From an uncultured Candidatus Binatia bacterium (GTDB lineage Bacteria > Desulfobacterota > Binatia > Bin18), in assembly GCA_965200965.1 (NCBI GenBank), contig OZ241744.1, positions 32,001-96,000 on the forward strand: a stretch of 64,000 nucleotides of DNA, in the 5' to 3' direction. The translations under genes were made by a program, and so were the position numbers. The notes beneath the pieces were generated by a model, which saw only the letters and a list, made by a program, of their open reading frames with translations, had not been told where the DNA came from and made no database searches. Below are positions 37,852 to 47,856 of this stretch, in pieces (position 1 is the stretch's first letter; each line of letters begins with the position of its first letter).

Positions 37852-39276
37852 ATGACAGATGATACTGCTACACCGTGTCTCTTATTGATCGTGCCCTGGC
37901 TGGAAATGGGTGGGGCGGACAAGTTCAATCTGGACCTGCTCCGGCAGCTGCGCCAACGGGGATGGCAGGTGTTGATCGCAGCGACCTTGCCCTCCACCCA
38001 CCCCTGGTTGGCCCGGTTTGCCCGCTATGGCCAGGATATTTTTCTGTTCGATCAACAGCAACGGATGGCCGACTATCCCGCTTTTCTACGCGAGTTGATC
38101 CAGACGCGGGGAGTTGATGTCGTGCTGATTGCCAATAGCGAACTCGGCTATCTGCTCCTGCCATACCTGCGGGCCGAGTGTTCGGACGTGACGTTTGTCG
38201 ATTTTTGCCACATGGAAGAGCACGCCTGGAAACGCGGTGGCTACCCCCGGATGTCGGTTGAACACCAGGACTTGCTTGACTTGCAGCTCGTCTCTTCTGA
38301 CCATCTGCGTGGCTGGATGGTTGACCGTGGAGCCGACCCTGAGCGTATCCGGGTGTGTTACACCAATATTGATCCGGCTGAATGGCGGCCCGACCCTGAG
38401 CGGCGCAAACGGGTTCGTCATGCTCTGCTGGCCGTTCCTGAACACGGTCAGGAAGACGCCCGGGATCCGGGCCCCCCGATCATCTTGTACGCCGGACGCA
38501 TGTGCGCCCAGAAACAGCCGCGCGTGTTTCTGGAGACGGTCCGACACCTGAAGGTCGGTGCTGACCGCTTTGTGGCAGTGGTAGCCGGTGATGGGCCCGA
38601 GTTTGCCCGGCTGCGAAGCGAGCTCAGCCGCTCTGGTCTGGCCGACCGGGTGCGTTTGCTGGGAGCGGTTTCAAACGCGCGGATTCGAGACCTGATGAGC
38701 GCAGCCGATATCTTTTTCCTGCCCTCCCGATGGGAGGGCATTGCCGTGTCGATCTTTGAGGCGATGGCCTGTGGGCTGCCGGTTGTGGGGGCGGATGTGG
38801 GCGGCCAGCGGGAACTCCTGACCCCGGAGTGCGGGCTGCTGGTATCGCCAGGCCCTGCCGGAACGGGAAGCGCAGCTCGTCAATACGCGCCTCTCCTGGC
38901 CGACCTGCTGAGCGACCCCCAACGCCGGGCGGCCCTCGGCCGGGCGGCGCGGCAGCGCGTCTGCCAGCATTTTCGGCTTGAGCAGATGGGCGAGCGCATG
39001 GCCGGTGTGCTCCAGGAGGCGCGGGACCTGCATATCAGCCAGCCCCGTCCCCTCCCCGATGCGCACTTCGGCCAGCTCCGAGCGGCGCGGACCGTGCGCT
39101 ATTTGCGCTTCCAGGCCCTGGTACGACGCCTGGTGTCTCCGACCATACGGGCGGCCCTGGACAAAAAGCTCCACTGGCTCCTGCCGGTCAGGGAAACCGC
39201 CGAGCGGGTCTTGCTGCGAGAGGTCTGGAGAGATGGGCCTGTCATGCGCCAGCTACCCCCACACAAGACACCATGA
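37852..39276 (+). CDS. GT4 glycosyltransferase, paralog of the C-terminal half of 28596-30908
   Basis: LIVPWLEMGGADKFNLD, AQKQPRVF, EGIAVSIFEAMACGLP; start uncertain. Confidence 0.88.
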   Translation: MTDDTATPCLLLIVPWLEMGGADKFNLDLLRQLRQRGWQVLIAATLPSTHPWLARFARYGQDIFLFDQQQRMADYPAFLRELIQTRGVDVVLIANSELGYLLLPYLRAECSDVTFVDFCHMEEHAWKRGGYPRMSVEHQDLLDLQLVSSDHLRGWMVDRGADPERIRVCYTNIDPAEWRPDPERRKRVRHALLAVPEHGQEDARDPGPPIILYAGRMCAQKQPRVFLETVRHLKVGADRFVAVVAGDGPEFARLRSELSRSGLADRVRLLGAVSNARIRDLMSAADIFFLPSRWEGIAVSIFEAMACGLPVVGADVGGQRELLTPECGLLVSPGPAGTGSAARQYAPLLADLLSDPQRRAALGRAARQRVCQHFRLEQMGERMAGVLQEARDLHISQPRPLPDAHFGQLRAARTVRYLRFQALVRRLVSPTIRAALDKKLHWLLPVRETAERVLLREVWRDGPVMRQLPPHKTP

Positions 39277-40166
39277 GTTGCCCGGATGCCAAAACCCCTT
39301 CCGAGCCCGCGGCTGTCCACGCGCAGCCGACAGAGGTCCACGTTTCGGTTGTCATCCTGACCTGGAACTCCGAGCGGCAGATTGTGGCCTGCCTGGCCTC
39401 CCTGGCCCAAGGGCTGTGCATATGTCCCGCTGAGGTCATTGTGGTTGACAACGGCTCACAGGATCAGACCTGTGCCGTTGTCCAAAACGCCCTGCCCAGC
39501 GTGCGGCTGGTGCGCAACGCCAAAAACCGTGGCGTTGCCTCGGCTCGGAATCAGGGCGTCCGCTTAGCGCGTGGCCAGTATATCATCGTTCTGGACGACG
39601 ACACGATTGTCCAGCCAGGGGCTTTGGACTCCCTCGTCTGCTATATGGCCGCACGGCCTGAAGTCGGGCTGTGCGGCCCTAAACTGACCGCAGCCGACGG
39701 CAGTCTCCAGTTCTCCTGTCGGCTGTTCCCGACCTTGGCCGATAAACTGGCCCGGCGTCTGCCTTCAGCCGCGGCGCAAAAAATCGTCTCCGCCTCTGAA
39801 ATGGCCGACTGGGATCACAACACGGCCCGTGAGGTGGACTATGTGATCGGTGCCTGCCAGGTTATCCGCCGCCGCGCCCTGCACACAGTAGGGATGCTTG
39901 ACGAATATATTTTCTATGGTCCAGAAGATGTCGATCTGTGTCTGCGGCTGCAACAGGCCGGCTGGCGGGTAGTGTATGTGCCTGATGCGGTCGTTGTGCA
40001 TCAGGAGCGACGGCGGACCAACTCCGTGTGGTCCGGTCTGACCTGGAAGCATATGAGGAGCGTCGGCTATTTTTTCTGGAAGCACGGCTACCTGCTGTCC
40101 CGCAAAAAGCTCTACGCGCGGATTGCCCAGTCTCGGGCGCGCAGTCAGGTCCGGAGGCAGGGGTGA
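39273..40166 (+). CDS. GT2 glycosyltransferase (WbbL-like)
   Basis: VVDNGSQD, NRGVASARN, LDDD, EDVDLCLR. Confidence 0.88.
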   Translation: MSCPDAKTPSEPAAVHAQPTEVHVSVVILTWNSERQIVACLASLAQGLCICPAEVIVVDNGSQDQTCAVVQNALPSVRLVRNAKNRGVASARNQGVRLARGQYIIVLDDDTIVQPGALDSLVCYMAARPEVGLCGPKLTAADGSLQFSCRLFPTLADKLARRLPSAAAQKIVSASEMADWDHNTAREVDYVIGACQVIRRRALHTVGMLDEYIFYGPEDVDLCLRLQQAGWRVVYVPDAVVVHQERRRTNSVWSGLTWKHMRSVGYFFWKHGYLLSRKKLYARIAQSRARSQVRRQG

Positions 40167-41614
40167 GGAGCCACACGCTCTACTCCTCAACGCTGCTGCT
40201 CGGGCTCCTGACCGCCGACCTGGTGTGTGTCGGCGGAGCATACGCGATGGCGTTTGCCTTCCGTTTTGTTCTGCCGCTGCCCTTCACCACCGAGTTGCTG
40301 CCGGCTGAGCGCCTCATTGAGGTGCGCCATCCCATCGTCTTCCTTCTCGTCACCCAGGGATGGGTCTTGTACTTTCTGGGTCTTTACGATCTGCATGGCT
40401 TGCATCTGCGCGCCCGGGTCCTGCCCCGGGCGCTGGCCGCCGGCGGGCTGCAATTGCTGCTGACCACGGCCTGGTATTTTTTTCGGGGCGATGTTTTTTT
40501 CCCCCGTTCCGTGCTGGTGCTCTTCTGGCTCTTTAACGCGGTGATGATCGGCGTCCTGCGCCTGGGCGTCCTGCACCGGCTGGGACGGGTCCGCCCGTTG
40601 CGGATTCTGCTGGTCGGGACGCCCACGGAGGCGCGAGCTTTTCTCAATGTTCTGCCCGCGGTGCGGCCCCGGCCCGAGATTGTGGGCCTGGTCAGCCTCT
40701 CCGGGCTGAACGGCCAGGCCGCGCACGAGGACGACCGGCCGGCGCTTGCCGACCTGGAGGTCCCCTGGCTGGGGGACGCGACAGCGTTGGAACGGATTGT
40801 CCAGGGTGTGGGCGCTGATGATATCATCCTGCTGGCCTCCACAACCTGGAAAGATACCTTTGTTGAACGCCTGCTCGGCCTGCCGATGCGGCCTGCTGCG
40901 TCCCTGGATGAGGCTGACAGACGCCCCCGGGTGCTGGTTGTGCCTTCGGTGTACGATATCCTGGTGGGGCGGGTCGCCTCGGTCCGGCTGCACGACATGC
41001 CCCTGGTTGAAGCGCTCAAAGACCCGTACGACGACCTGGCCTTCGTCGTCAAGGGCATCCTTGACCGGGTGCTTGCGGCCGGGCTGCTGGTGCTGAGTCT
41101 GCCCGTCCTGGGTCTGGCCTCGGCCGGCCTGGCCGCCACCTCCCCGGGACCGATTGTGTACCGCCAGCGGCGCGTCGGCAAAGACGGCAGGGAGTTCACC
41201 CTGTACAAGTTACGCACCATGATTGACCGGGCTGAAGAAGAGACCGGGCCGGTCCTGGCCGGCCGGACCGATCCGCGCGTGACCCGGATAGGCCGTCTCT
41301 TGCGTAAGAGCCGTATTGATGAGCTCCCGCAGCTCTGGAACATCCTGAACGGTACGATGAGCCTGGTCGGCCCCCGGCCCGAGCGGCCCGAGTTTGTCAA
41401 AGACTTCCTGTGCAGTGTGCCGGGCTACGCTGAGCGATTCCAGGTCAAACCCGGCTTGACCGGGCTGGCCCAGATCAACGGCGAGTACCACACTACCCCG
41501 GAATACAAGCTCAAATACGACCTGGCCTATATGTACAACTACTCGGTGTGGCTCGATGTCCGTATTCTGGCCGATACGATCAAGGTCGTGCTGACCCGCC
41601 AGGGCAGCGCCTGA
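40163..41614 (+). CDS. polyprenyl-phosphate priming sugar transferase (WcaJ/WbaP family)
   Basis: N-terminal TMs; KLRTM, DPRVT, DELPQLWN, MSLVGPRPERP, KPGLTGLAQ. Confidence 0.92.
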   Translation: MRSHTLYSSTLLLGLLTADLVCVGGAYAMAFAFRFVLPLPFTTELLPAERLIEVRHPIVFLLVTQGWVLYFLGLYDLHGLHLRARVLPRALAAGGLQLLLTTAWYFFRGDVFFPRSVLVLFWLFNAVMIGVLRLGVLHRLGRVRPLRILLVGTPTEARAFLNVLPAVRPRPEIVGLVSLSGLNGQAAHEDDRPALADLEVPWLGDATALERIVQGVGADDIILLASTTWKDTFVERLLGLPMRPAASLDEADRRPRVLVVPSVYDILVGRVASVRLHDMPLVEALKDPYDDLAFVVKGILDRVLAAGLLVLSLPVLGLASAGLAATSPGPIVYRQRRVGKDGREFTLYKLRTMIDRAEEETGPVLAGRTDPRVTRIGRLLRKSRIDELPQLWNILNGTMSLVGPRPERPEFVKDFLCSVPGYAERFQVKPGLTGLAQINGEYHTTPEYKLKYDLAYMYNYSVWLDVRILADTIKVVLTRQGSA

Positions 41615-41617
41615 AGC

Positions 41618-42895
41618 ATGCGTGCCACACACGGCAAAGAGCCGGGACACAACGCGGGCCGGACCTGGCTTGACCGCGGTGTCCGCATCGGCCTGATGTT
41701 GTTTTTCATCAGTCTGTGTACCTCGGTCGCCATTCAGCAAACCCTGCTCGGCGTCATGCTGGGCGTTGGGGCCTGCCACTGCTGGCGGACTCAGACCGCC
41801 CCCCGCACGCCTCTTGATCCGGCGCTGCTGCTTTTGGGGGGCGCGCTCCTGCTGTCGAGCCTGCTCAGCCCGGACCCGCTCCACTCTTTACCGGCGCACC
41901 GAAAGCTGTGGCTGGTGGGGGCCTTTTTTGTCGCCTATGTCCTGATTGACAGCCGCCAATGCGCCGTCCAACTCATCAGACTGGTGATTATCACTGCCGC
42001 GGCGCTGGCCGCCTACGGCGTTGTCCAGCACTACACCGGCCTTGACCTGGCCCGCCAGTTGGTCGGCAAAGAGCCGAGTCTGACCGCCTTCTGGCTGGGC
42101 AGCAAAGAGGGCTTTCGGACCGCCGGGCTTTTTCCGTCGGGCATCACCTACGCCCACAATCTGCTGTTTCCCCTGTGCCTGGTTACGGCCTTTCTCTTGG
42201 CTCCAGCCAAGGGCTGGCGGACAAGAGCCGGGCTGGGGCTGGGCTGGGGGCTGATGGTGATGGCCCTGCTGTTCTCCCTGACCCGAGGCGTCTGGATCGC
42301 CTATGCCGGTGTGCTCGTGCTGGCCGGGCTGGTCAGGGGCCGGCGGGCGCTCGCTGGCGCGCTCGGCGCGCTCGGCGTCTGTGGGGTGTTGCTGCTCGGT
42401 GCCGGCGACGGAGTGCGGGAGCGGGCCGGTCAAATTTTTGATCTGAACGCGCCGGCAAACCTGGCCCGCAGCCGCATCTGGCAGGCCAATATCGCCATGA
42501 TCCGGGACCGGCCGTTGTTTGGCTGGGGCTACGGCAACTATAAACAGTTCCGCGCGCCCTACTACGCCCGGTATCCAGCGGTCGGCTCGGCCGGCTGGGC
42601 CGGGAACTCTGACGCCCACGCCCACAATACCTTTTTGCAACTGTGGGTTGATGGTGGCTGGCCCGGCTTTGTCGCTTTTATCGCCCTGCTTGCGGCCGTC
42701 CTGGCCAAAGGCTGGCAGACCTATACCCGGCTAGCCGAGCCGCTCAAAAGCTGTGCCCTCGGCATTCTGCTCGGCCTCGTCGGCTTTCTCATCGGCGGGC
42801 TGACCCAGCACAACTTTGGCGATGCCGAGGTAAGCATCGTTCTGTGGGCGCTCGTTGGCGTGCTGCTGCGCCTGGAGCGGTGGACAGAGGACTGA
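41618..42895 (+). CDS. O-antigen ligase / O-oligosaccharyltransferase family protein
   Basis: Multi-TM; SLTRGVW, RSRIW, PLFGWGYGNY, HAHNTFLQ. Confidence 0.88.
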   Translation: MRATHGKEPGHNAGRTWLDRGVRIGLMLFFISLCTSVAIQQTLLGVMLGVGACHCWRTQTAPRTPLDPALLLLGGALLLSSLLSPDPLHSLPAHRKLWLVGAFFVAYVLIDSRQCAVQLIRLVIITAAALAAYGVVQHYTGLDLARQLVGKEPSLTAFWLGSKEGFRTAGLFPSGITYAHNLLFPLCLVTAFLLAPAKGWRTRAGLGLGWGLMVMALLFSLTRGVWIAYAGVLVLAGLVRGRRALAGALGALGVCGVLLLGAGDGVRERAGQIFDLNAPANLARSRIWQANIAMIRDRPLFGWGYGNYKQFRAPYYARYPAVGSAGWAGNSDAHAHNTFLQLWVDGGWPGFVAFIALLAAVLAKGWQTYTRLAEPLKSCALGILLGLVGFLIGGLTQHNFGDAEVSIVLWALVGVLLRLERWTED

Positions 42896-42983
42896 AGCGA
42901 CTCACCAGGCAGGAACAGCGCTCTGACCTGCCCCGTCCTCTTGCCGCTCCTCGTGGGCGTCGCTATGGTGAACCACGTCTGCC

Positions 42984-44723
42984 ATGTACCGTCTCTGGAC
43001 CTATATCTTTCGCTACCGCTACCGGTATTTGCGCGGTATCCTGTGCCTGTTGCTCACCGCCAGCCTGGCGATGTCCATTCCGCTCCTGCTCAAACGCGCG
43101 GTTGAAGGCATTGAGCAGGGGTTGCCCTTTTCTGATATCAGCCTGTCGCTTGCCGCGCTCATCAGTGTGGCGCTCATTCTGGGCGTGGTCCGCGCCTTTT
43201 CCCGTTTCCTGATCTTCAATGTCGGCCGCGACATTGAGTATGCCTTGCGCAACGATCTGTTTGCCCACATCCAGACGCTGTCTCTCCGCTACTACCAGCG
43301 CAACTTTACCGGCGATCTGATGTCCCGTTTTGTGAACGACGTGAACGCGGTCCGTCTGCTGCTGGGGCTGGGAATCCTGAATGTGCTGAACACCCCAGTG
43401 TACTATGTATACGGCGTCTCGGCCATGATCGCTATTGACCCCGGCCTGACCCTGGCCGCCCTGGCCCCTTACCCCCTGATGATCGTCTTTGTGCGGGCGA
43501 TGAGCCGGCAGATCATGGCTCGCACCCTGCGCGTCCAAGAGGGCCTGGCCGCCCTCTCGACCCGGGTCCAGGAGGGGACCAGCGGTATCCATGTCGTGCG
43601 CGCCTATGTGGGTGAGGACTGGCAGAACGCCGAGTTTGCCACCCTGAACGCGCGATTCAAGGCCGACAGCATCGCCCTGGCCCGGATACGCGGCCTGTTT
43701 CTGCCGCTGATGAAAACTGTGTCCGGGCTCGGCCTGCTGGTCATCCTGTGGTACGGCGGGGCACAGGTCATTGCCGGCCGGCTGAGCCTGGGCGACCTCG
43801 TCGCCTTCATGGGCTATCTCCACCTGCTGGCCTGGCCGACGATGGCCCTGGGCTGGCTGGTGTCCATCGTGCAACGGGGACGGGCCGCCCTCCAGCGCCT
43901 CGACGGCGTTTTTCAGGCCCAACCCGAGATCATCGGCGGCGCTGACGACCGACCGGGGCAGGTATTCAAGGGGGAAGTTGGCTTTCATAACGTGGACTTT
44001 GCCTACCACACCCCTGACAACGGCCACCAGGTTCTGCACGATATCACCTTCACCGTCCCGGCCGGCTCCACCGTCGCGCTGGTCGGTCGGATGGGGTCGG
44101 GAAAAAGCAGTCTGGTGCATCTGCTGCCACGGCTGTTCGACGTGAGCGACGGCTCGATCAGCATTGACGGGCGGGATATCCGGACGTTTTCCCTGGCAGA
44201 CTTGCGCCGCGGCATCGGCTTTGTCCCCCAAGAGCCGTTTCTGTTTTCGACCCGCATCGCAGACAATATCGCCTTTGGCATGCCGACGGTTGACTTTGAC
44301 CAAGTCCAGTGGGCATCTGAGGTGGCGAGCATCGGCCACGAGATTGAAGCCTTGCCCAAGGGCTATGACACGGTTGTCGGTGAGCGCGGCATCACCCTGT
44401 CCGGCGGCCAGAAACAACGCCTGACCCTGGCCCGGGCCCTGATGGCCGACCCTCCCATCCTGGTCCTTGACGCCGCGCTGTCGAGTGTTGACACCCAGAC
44501 CGAACGGGCCATCCTGCGCGCCCTGCGCGACTCAACGCGGGGCAAGACGGTCCTGCTGATCTCACACCGCATCTCCGCGGTTCGGGACGCCGACCTGATC
44601 CTGGTGCTCGACGACGGACGTATTGTTGAGACCGGCACGCACCAAGCCCTCGCGGCCCGGGGCGGCCTGTACGCCGCTCTCTTTCAGCAGCAGGCGCTGG
44701 AGCGCGAACTGGCCGAACTGTGA
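42984..44723 (+). CDS. ABC exporter TMD+NBD half (MdlA-like)
   Basis: TGDLMSR, GRMGSGKS, LSGGQKQR; degenerate Walker B (LDAALS). Confidence 0.9.
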   Translation: MYRLWTYIFRYRYRYLRGILCLLLTASLAMSIPLLLKRAVEGIEQGLPFSDISLSLAALISVALILGVVRAFSRFLIFNVGRDIEYALRNDLFAHIQTLSLRYYQRNFTGDLMSRFVNDVNAVRLLLGLGILNVLNTPVYYVYGVSAMIAIDPGLTLAALAPYPLMIVFVRAMSRQIMARTLRVQEGLAALSTRVQEGTSGIHVVRAYVGEDWQNAEFATLNARFKADSIALARIRGLFLPLMKTVSGLGLLVILWYGGAQVIAGRLSLGDLVAFMGYLHLLAWPTMALGWLVSIVQRGRAALQRLDGVFQAQPEIIGGADDRPGQVFKGEVGFHNVDFAYHTPDNGHQVLHDITFTVPAGSTVALVGRMGSGKSSLVHLLPRLFDVSDGSISIDGRDIRTFSLADLRRGIGFVPQEPFLFSTRIADNIAFGMPTVDFDQVQWASEVASIGHEIEALPKGYDTVVGERGITLSGGQKQRLTLARALMADPPILVLDAALSSVDTQTERAILRALRDSTRGKTVLLISHRISAVRDADLILVLDDGRIVETGTHQALAARGGLYAALFQQQALERELAEL

Positions 44724-46561
44724 TGGACACGCCGCGCGAGCCCGAGCTGGGCAAAACCTATGACCTCGTTCTGCTGCGGCGGCTGTGGCGCTACGTCCGT
44801 CCTTACCGGGCGCGGTTTCTCCTGGCCCTGGTCTGTCTGCCGCTGACCTCAGCCTGTGTGCTGGCCCAGCCCTACCTGTTGAAGCTGGCCGTTGACCGCT
44901 ACATGCTCCAGCGCGAGCCCGAGGGGCTGGCCCTGGTCGGCCTGCTGTTTGCCGTTGCCCTGCTCGGCGAGTTTGTTTTCCTGTATACCCAGTTTCACGC
45001 CACCATGCTCATGGCCCAGAGCAGCCTGGCCGACCTGCGCCGCGATCTGTTCGCCCACTTGCTGGAGCTGCCGGCCCGCTTTTTTGAGCGCACCCCGGTC
45101 GGCCGCCTCGTCACCCGCCTGACGACCGATGTGGACGCGATTAACGAAGCCTTTTCGGCCGGCACGCTGACCATCTTCATGGATGTGCTGACCATGACCG
45201 GGATCGTCACCATTATGCTGCTGCTCGATCCGCAATTGGCCCTGGTAGCGCTGGTCCTGGTGCCGCCACTGGTGTTGAGCCTGAATTTCTTTCGGATTCG
45301 GACCCGCCAGAACTACCGGACGATGCGCAGCCGGCTGGCCCGGATCAACTCTTTTCTGCAAGAAACCATCTCCGGCATCCTGGTGGTCCAGCTGTTCGCC
45401 CAGGAGAAAAAGCTGTTTGGCGAGTTTGACCGGCGTAACCGTGACTACCGGGACGCCAGCCATGTGTCGAATATCTACGAGGCGAGCCTCTTCTCGGTGG
45501 TTGAAGCGATCAGTTCCGTCTCAATTGGGCTGATGCTGTGGTACGGTGCCGGCCAGGTCGGCAGCGGTATCGTGGCCCTGGGCACCCTGGTGGCCTTTGT
45601 CGATTATATCCAGAAACTGTTTGTGCCGATGCGGGAGTTCAGCGGCAAGTATACCACCCTGCAATCCGCCCTGAGCGCCATCGAGCGGGTCTTCCAACTC
45701 CTGGACACACCGGCGGCAATCACCTCGCCCGACACCCCCCGCCGGCCTCAGCAGGTCCGCGGCCGGATCGTGTTTGACCATGTCTGGTTTGCCTATGACG
45801 ATGAAGACTGGGTACTGCGGGACGTGTCTTTTACGCTTGAGCCCGGCGAAAAAATTGCCCTTGTCGGTGCCACCGGTGCCGGTAAAACGACGATCAGTAA
45901 GCTGCTCAGTCGCTTCTACGATGTCCAGCGCGGCCGGATTCTGATTGACGGCATTGATATCCGCGAGTGGGACCCGAAGGTCCTGCGGCGGCACATCGGC
46001 ACGGTCCTCCAGGACGTGTTCCTGTTTGTCGGTGATATTGTCACCAACATCAGCCTGGGCCGGACCGATATTGCGCCGGCAGCCCTGGAACGGGCCGCCC
46101 AGGCGGTCCATGCCGACCGTTTTGTCCGCCAGCTGCCCAAGGGCTATGCCGAGCAATTGTACGAACGCGGCTCCAACCTGTCCGCCGGCCAGCGCCAGCT
46201 CCTGTCCTTTGCCCGGGCCCTGGCCTACGATCCGGCCGTCCTGGTCATGGACGAAGCCACCTCAAGCGTTGACCCGGAGACCGAACTGCTCATTCAGGAC
46301 GCCCTGACAACGCTGATGGAAGGCCGGACCACCCTGGTGGTTGCCCATCGCTTTTCGACCATTCAGAATGTTGACCGCATCCTGGTCATGCACAAGGGCC
46401 GGCTGCGCGAGATGGGCAGCCACGAAGAACTGCTGGGCCGGCGGGGCATCTACTGGCGTCTGTACCAGTTGCAGTACAGCGGCCACGAGTCCGGCGGACA
46501 GGCTTCTCAGCCGGCGCGCTCAAACGAAAGCGAGGGGCTGCTTGGTGGGGAGACAGAGTGA
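44720..46561 (+). CDS. ABC exporter TMD+NBD half (MdlB-like)
   Basis: PVGRLVTRLTTD, GATGAGKT, LSAGQRQL, MDEATSSVD. Confidence 0.9.
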   Translation: MMDTPREPELGKTYDLVLLRRLWRYVRPYRARFLLALVCLPLTSACVLAQPYLLKLAVDRYMLQREPEGLALVGLLFAVALLGEFVFLYTQFHATMLMAQSSLADLRRDLFAHLLELPARFFERTPVGRLVTRLTTDVDAINEAFSAGTLTIFMDVLTMTGIVTIMLLLDPQLALVALVLVPPLVLSLNFFRIRTRQNYRTMRSRLARINSFLQETISGILVVQLFAQEKKLFGEFDRRNRDYRDASHVSNIYEASLFSVVEAISSVSIGLMLWYGAGQVGSGIVALGTLVAFVDYIQKLFVPMREFSGKYTTLQSALSAIERVFQLLDTPAAITSPDTPRRPQQVRGRIVFDHVWFAYDDEDWVLRDVSFTLEPGEKIALVGATGAGKTTISKLLSRFYDVQRGRILIDGIDIREWDPKVLRRHIGTVLQDVFLFVGDIVTNISLGRTDIAPAALERAAQAVHADRFVRQLPKGYAEQLYERGSNLSAGQRQLLSFARALAYDPAVLVMDEATSSVDPETELLIQDALTTLMEGRTTLVVAHRFSTIQNVDRILVMHKGRLREMGSHEELLGRRGIYWRLYQLQYSGHESGGQASQPARSNESEGLLGGETE

Positions 46562-46564
46562 GGC

Positions 46565-47629
46565 ATGTGGGTCTGGCTTGTCTGCCTGACGCTGCTGTCC
46601 GCCTGCTCGCCGGTCTATGTCCTCAGGCTGGGCTATGAAGAGGCCAGGATTCTGTGGCATCGCCGGCCCATCAGCGATATCCTGAACCGGCCCGACCTTG
46701 ACCCTGCCACCCGCGACAAGCTGCGCCTCGTCTTGCGCGTCCGGGCCTTTGCCGAACACGAATTAGGCTTCAGGGTCCGCGGCAGCTACGCCAGCCTGAC
46801 CGAAGTCAGCCGTCCGCCGATTGTGCATGTGCTGAGCGCGGCCCCGCGGACTCGTCTCGAGCCGTATACCTGGTGGTTCCCGATCGTCGGCCGGGTGGCC
46901 TACAAGGGCTATTTCAACCAGGGTTTGGCCCGGGCAGACGCGCGCCGGCTCGAAGTCCAAGGCTATGATACCGCTGTCCGCCAAGCGTCGGCCTTCAGTA
47001 CCCTGGGCTGGTTTGACGACCCGCTGCTGCCGCATCTGCTGGGCTATGAGGCCGAAACGCTGGTCAATGTGATTTTTCATGAACTGTTTCACAGCACGTT
47101 TTACCTGGCCGGACACACGGCGTTTAACGAATCCCTGGCCAATTTTGCCGGCCATCGGGCCGCGATTGTCTTTTTTGCCCAGGAACACGGCCAAGACGCC
47201 GTGCTCACCCGCCGGGCCGAAGCCGGCTGGAGGCGGCAACTGCGGCTGTCCGAGTTGCTGGCCCGGGCCGCCGAGGGTTTGCGGGCACTCTACGCCTCAT
47301 CCCTGCCCGAGGCCGACAAGCTCAGCCAACGGGAAGAACGGTTTGCCGCCTTCCAGGCCGAATATCGGGCCCTGGCCGGGCCGGCTTCGGCCAAGGCCGG
47401 GCTCGCCTCGGGCCGGCTCAACAACGCCATCCTGATCAACCATTTGGTCTATATGCGAGAGCTGGGGCTTTTTGAGCAGGTCTATCAACAGGCCGGCCAG
47501 GATTTGCGCCGCACCCTGGAGCGCATTCCTGAAGTGGCGACAGGAGCCGCGGAGCCGTTCGCCGAGGTAAAAACGCTGCTCAAGCGGCCGGTGTCAGAAG
47601 AGCGCAACCCAAGCGCGTGGAATGGCTAG
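46565..47629 (+). CDS. putative zinc aminopeptidase lipoprotein (DUF2265-like)
   Basis: LSA|C lipobox; WWFPIVGRVAYKGYF, FSTLGWFDDP, HELFH..FNESLA. Confidence 0.85.
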   Translation: MWVWLVCLTLLSACSPVYVLRLGYEEARILWHRRPISDILNRPDLDPATRDKLRLVLRVRAFAEHELGFRVRGSYASLTEVSRPPIVHVLSAAPRTRLEPYTWWFPIVGRVAYKGYFNQGLARADARRLEVQGYDTAVRQASAFSTLGWFDDPLLPHLLGYEAETLVNVIFHELFHSTFYLAGHTAFNESLANFAGHRAAIVFFAQEHGQDAVLTRRAEAGWRRQLRLSELLARAAEGLRALYASSLPEADKLSQREERFAAFQAEYRALAGPASAKAGLASGRLNNAILINHLVYMRELGLFEQVYQQAGQDLRRTLERIPEVATGAAEPFAEVKTLLKRPVSEERNPSAWNG

Positions 47630-47841
47630 ACCGCTGTCTCAACCCAATCGCTTTCAGAAGCGGGGCCTGGAATGGGCTGGCCGCACTCGCGCAGCCCCTC
47701 CAGGTGAAAGTCAATCGCTTCCTCAATCAGGGCTGTCGCTTCCTGCCGTGTCTCTGCCACTGCAATACAGCCGGGGAGGTCGGGAATGTGAGCGCCCCAG
47801 CCTGACTCGCCTTTTTCAAGAATCACGAGATAGTACATCAT
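47626..47841 (-). CDS. HicB-like antitoxin family protein (no adjacent hicA)
   Basis: YLVILEKGESGWGAHIPDLPGCIAVAETRQEA..AIDFHLEGL. Confidence 0.88.
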   Translation of the reverse strand: MMYYLVILEKGESGWGAHIPDLPGCIAVAETRQEATALIEEAIDFHLEGLRECGQPIPGPASESDWVETAV

Positions 47842-47856
47842 TTTCCCTTTTCAGGC

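Noticed and set aside
44455-44495. Degenerate Walker B (LDAALS) as inactivation of the ABC transporter
   Set aside because: Heterodimeric exporters normally have one degenerate site, and the partner subunit retains DEATS.
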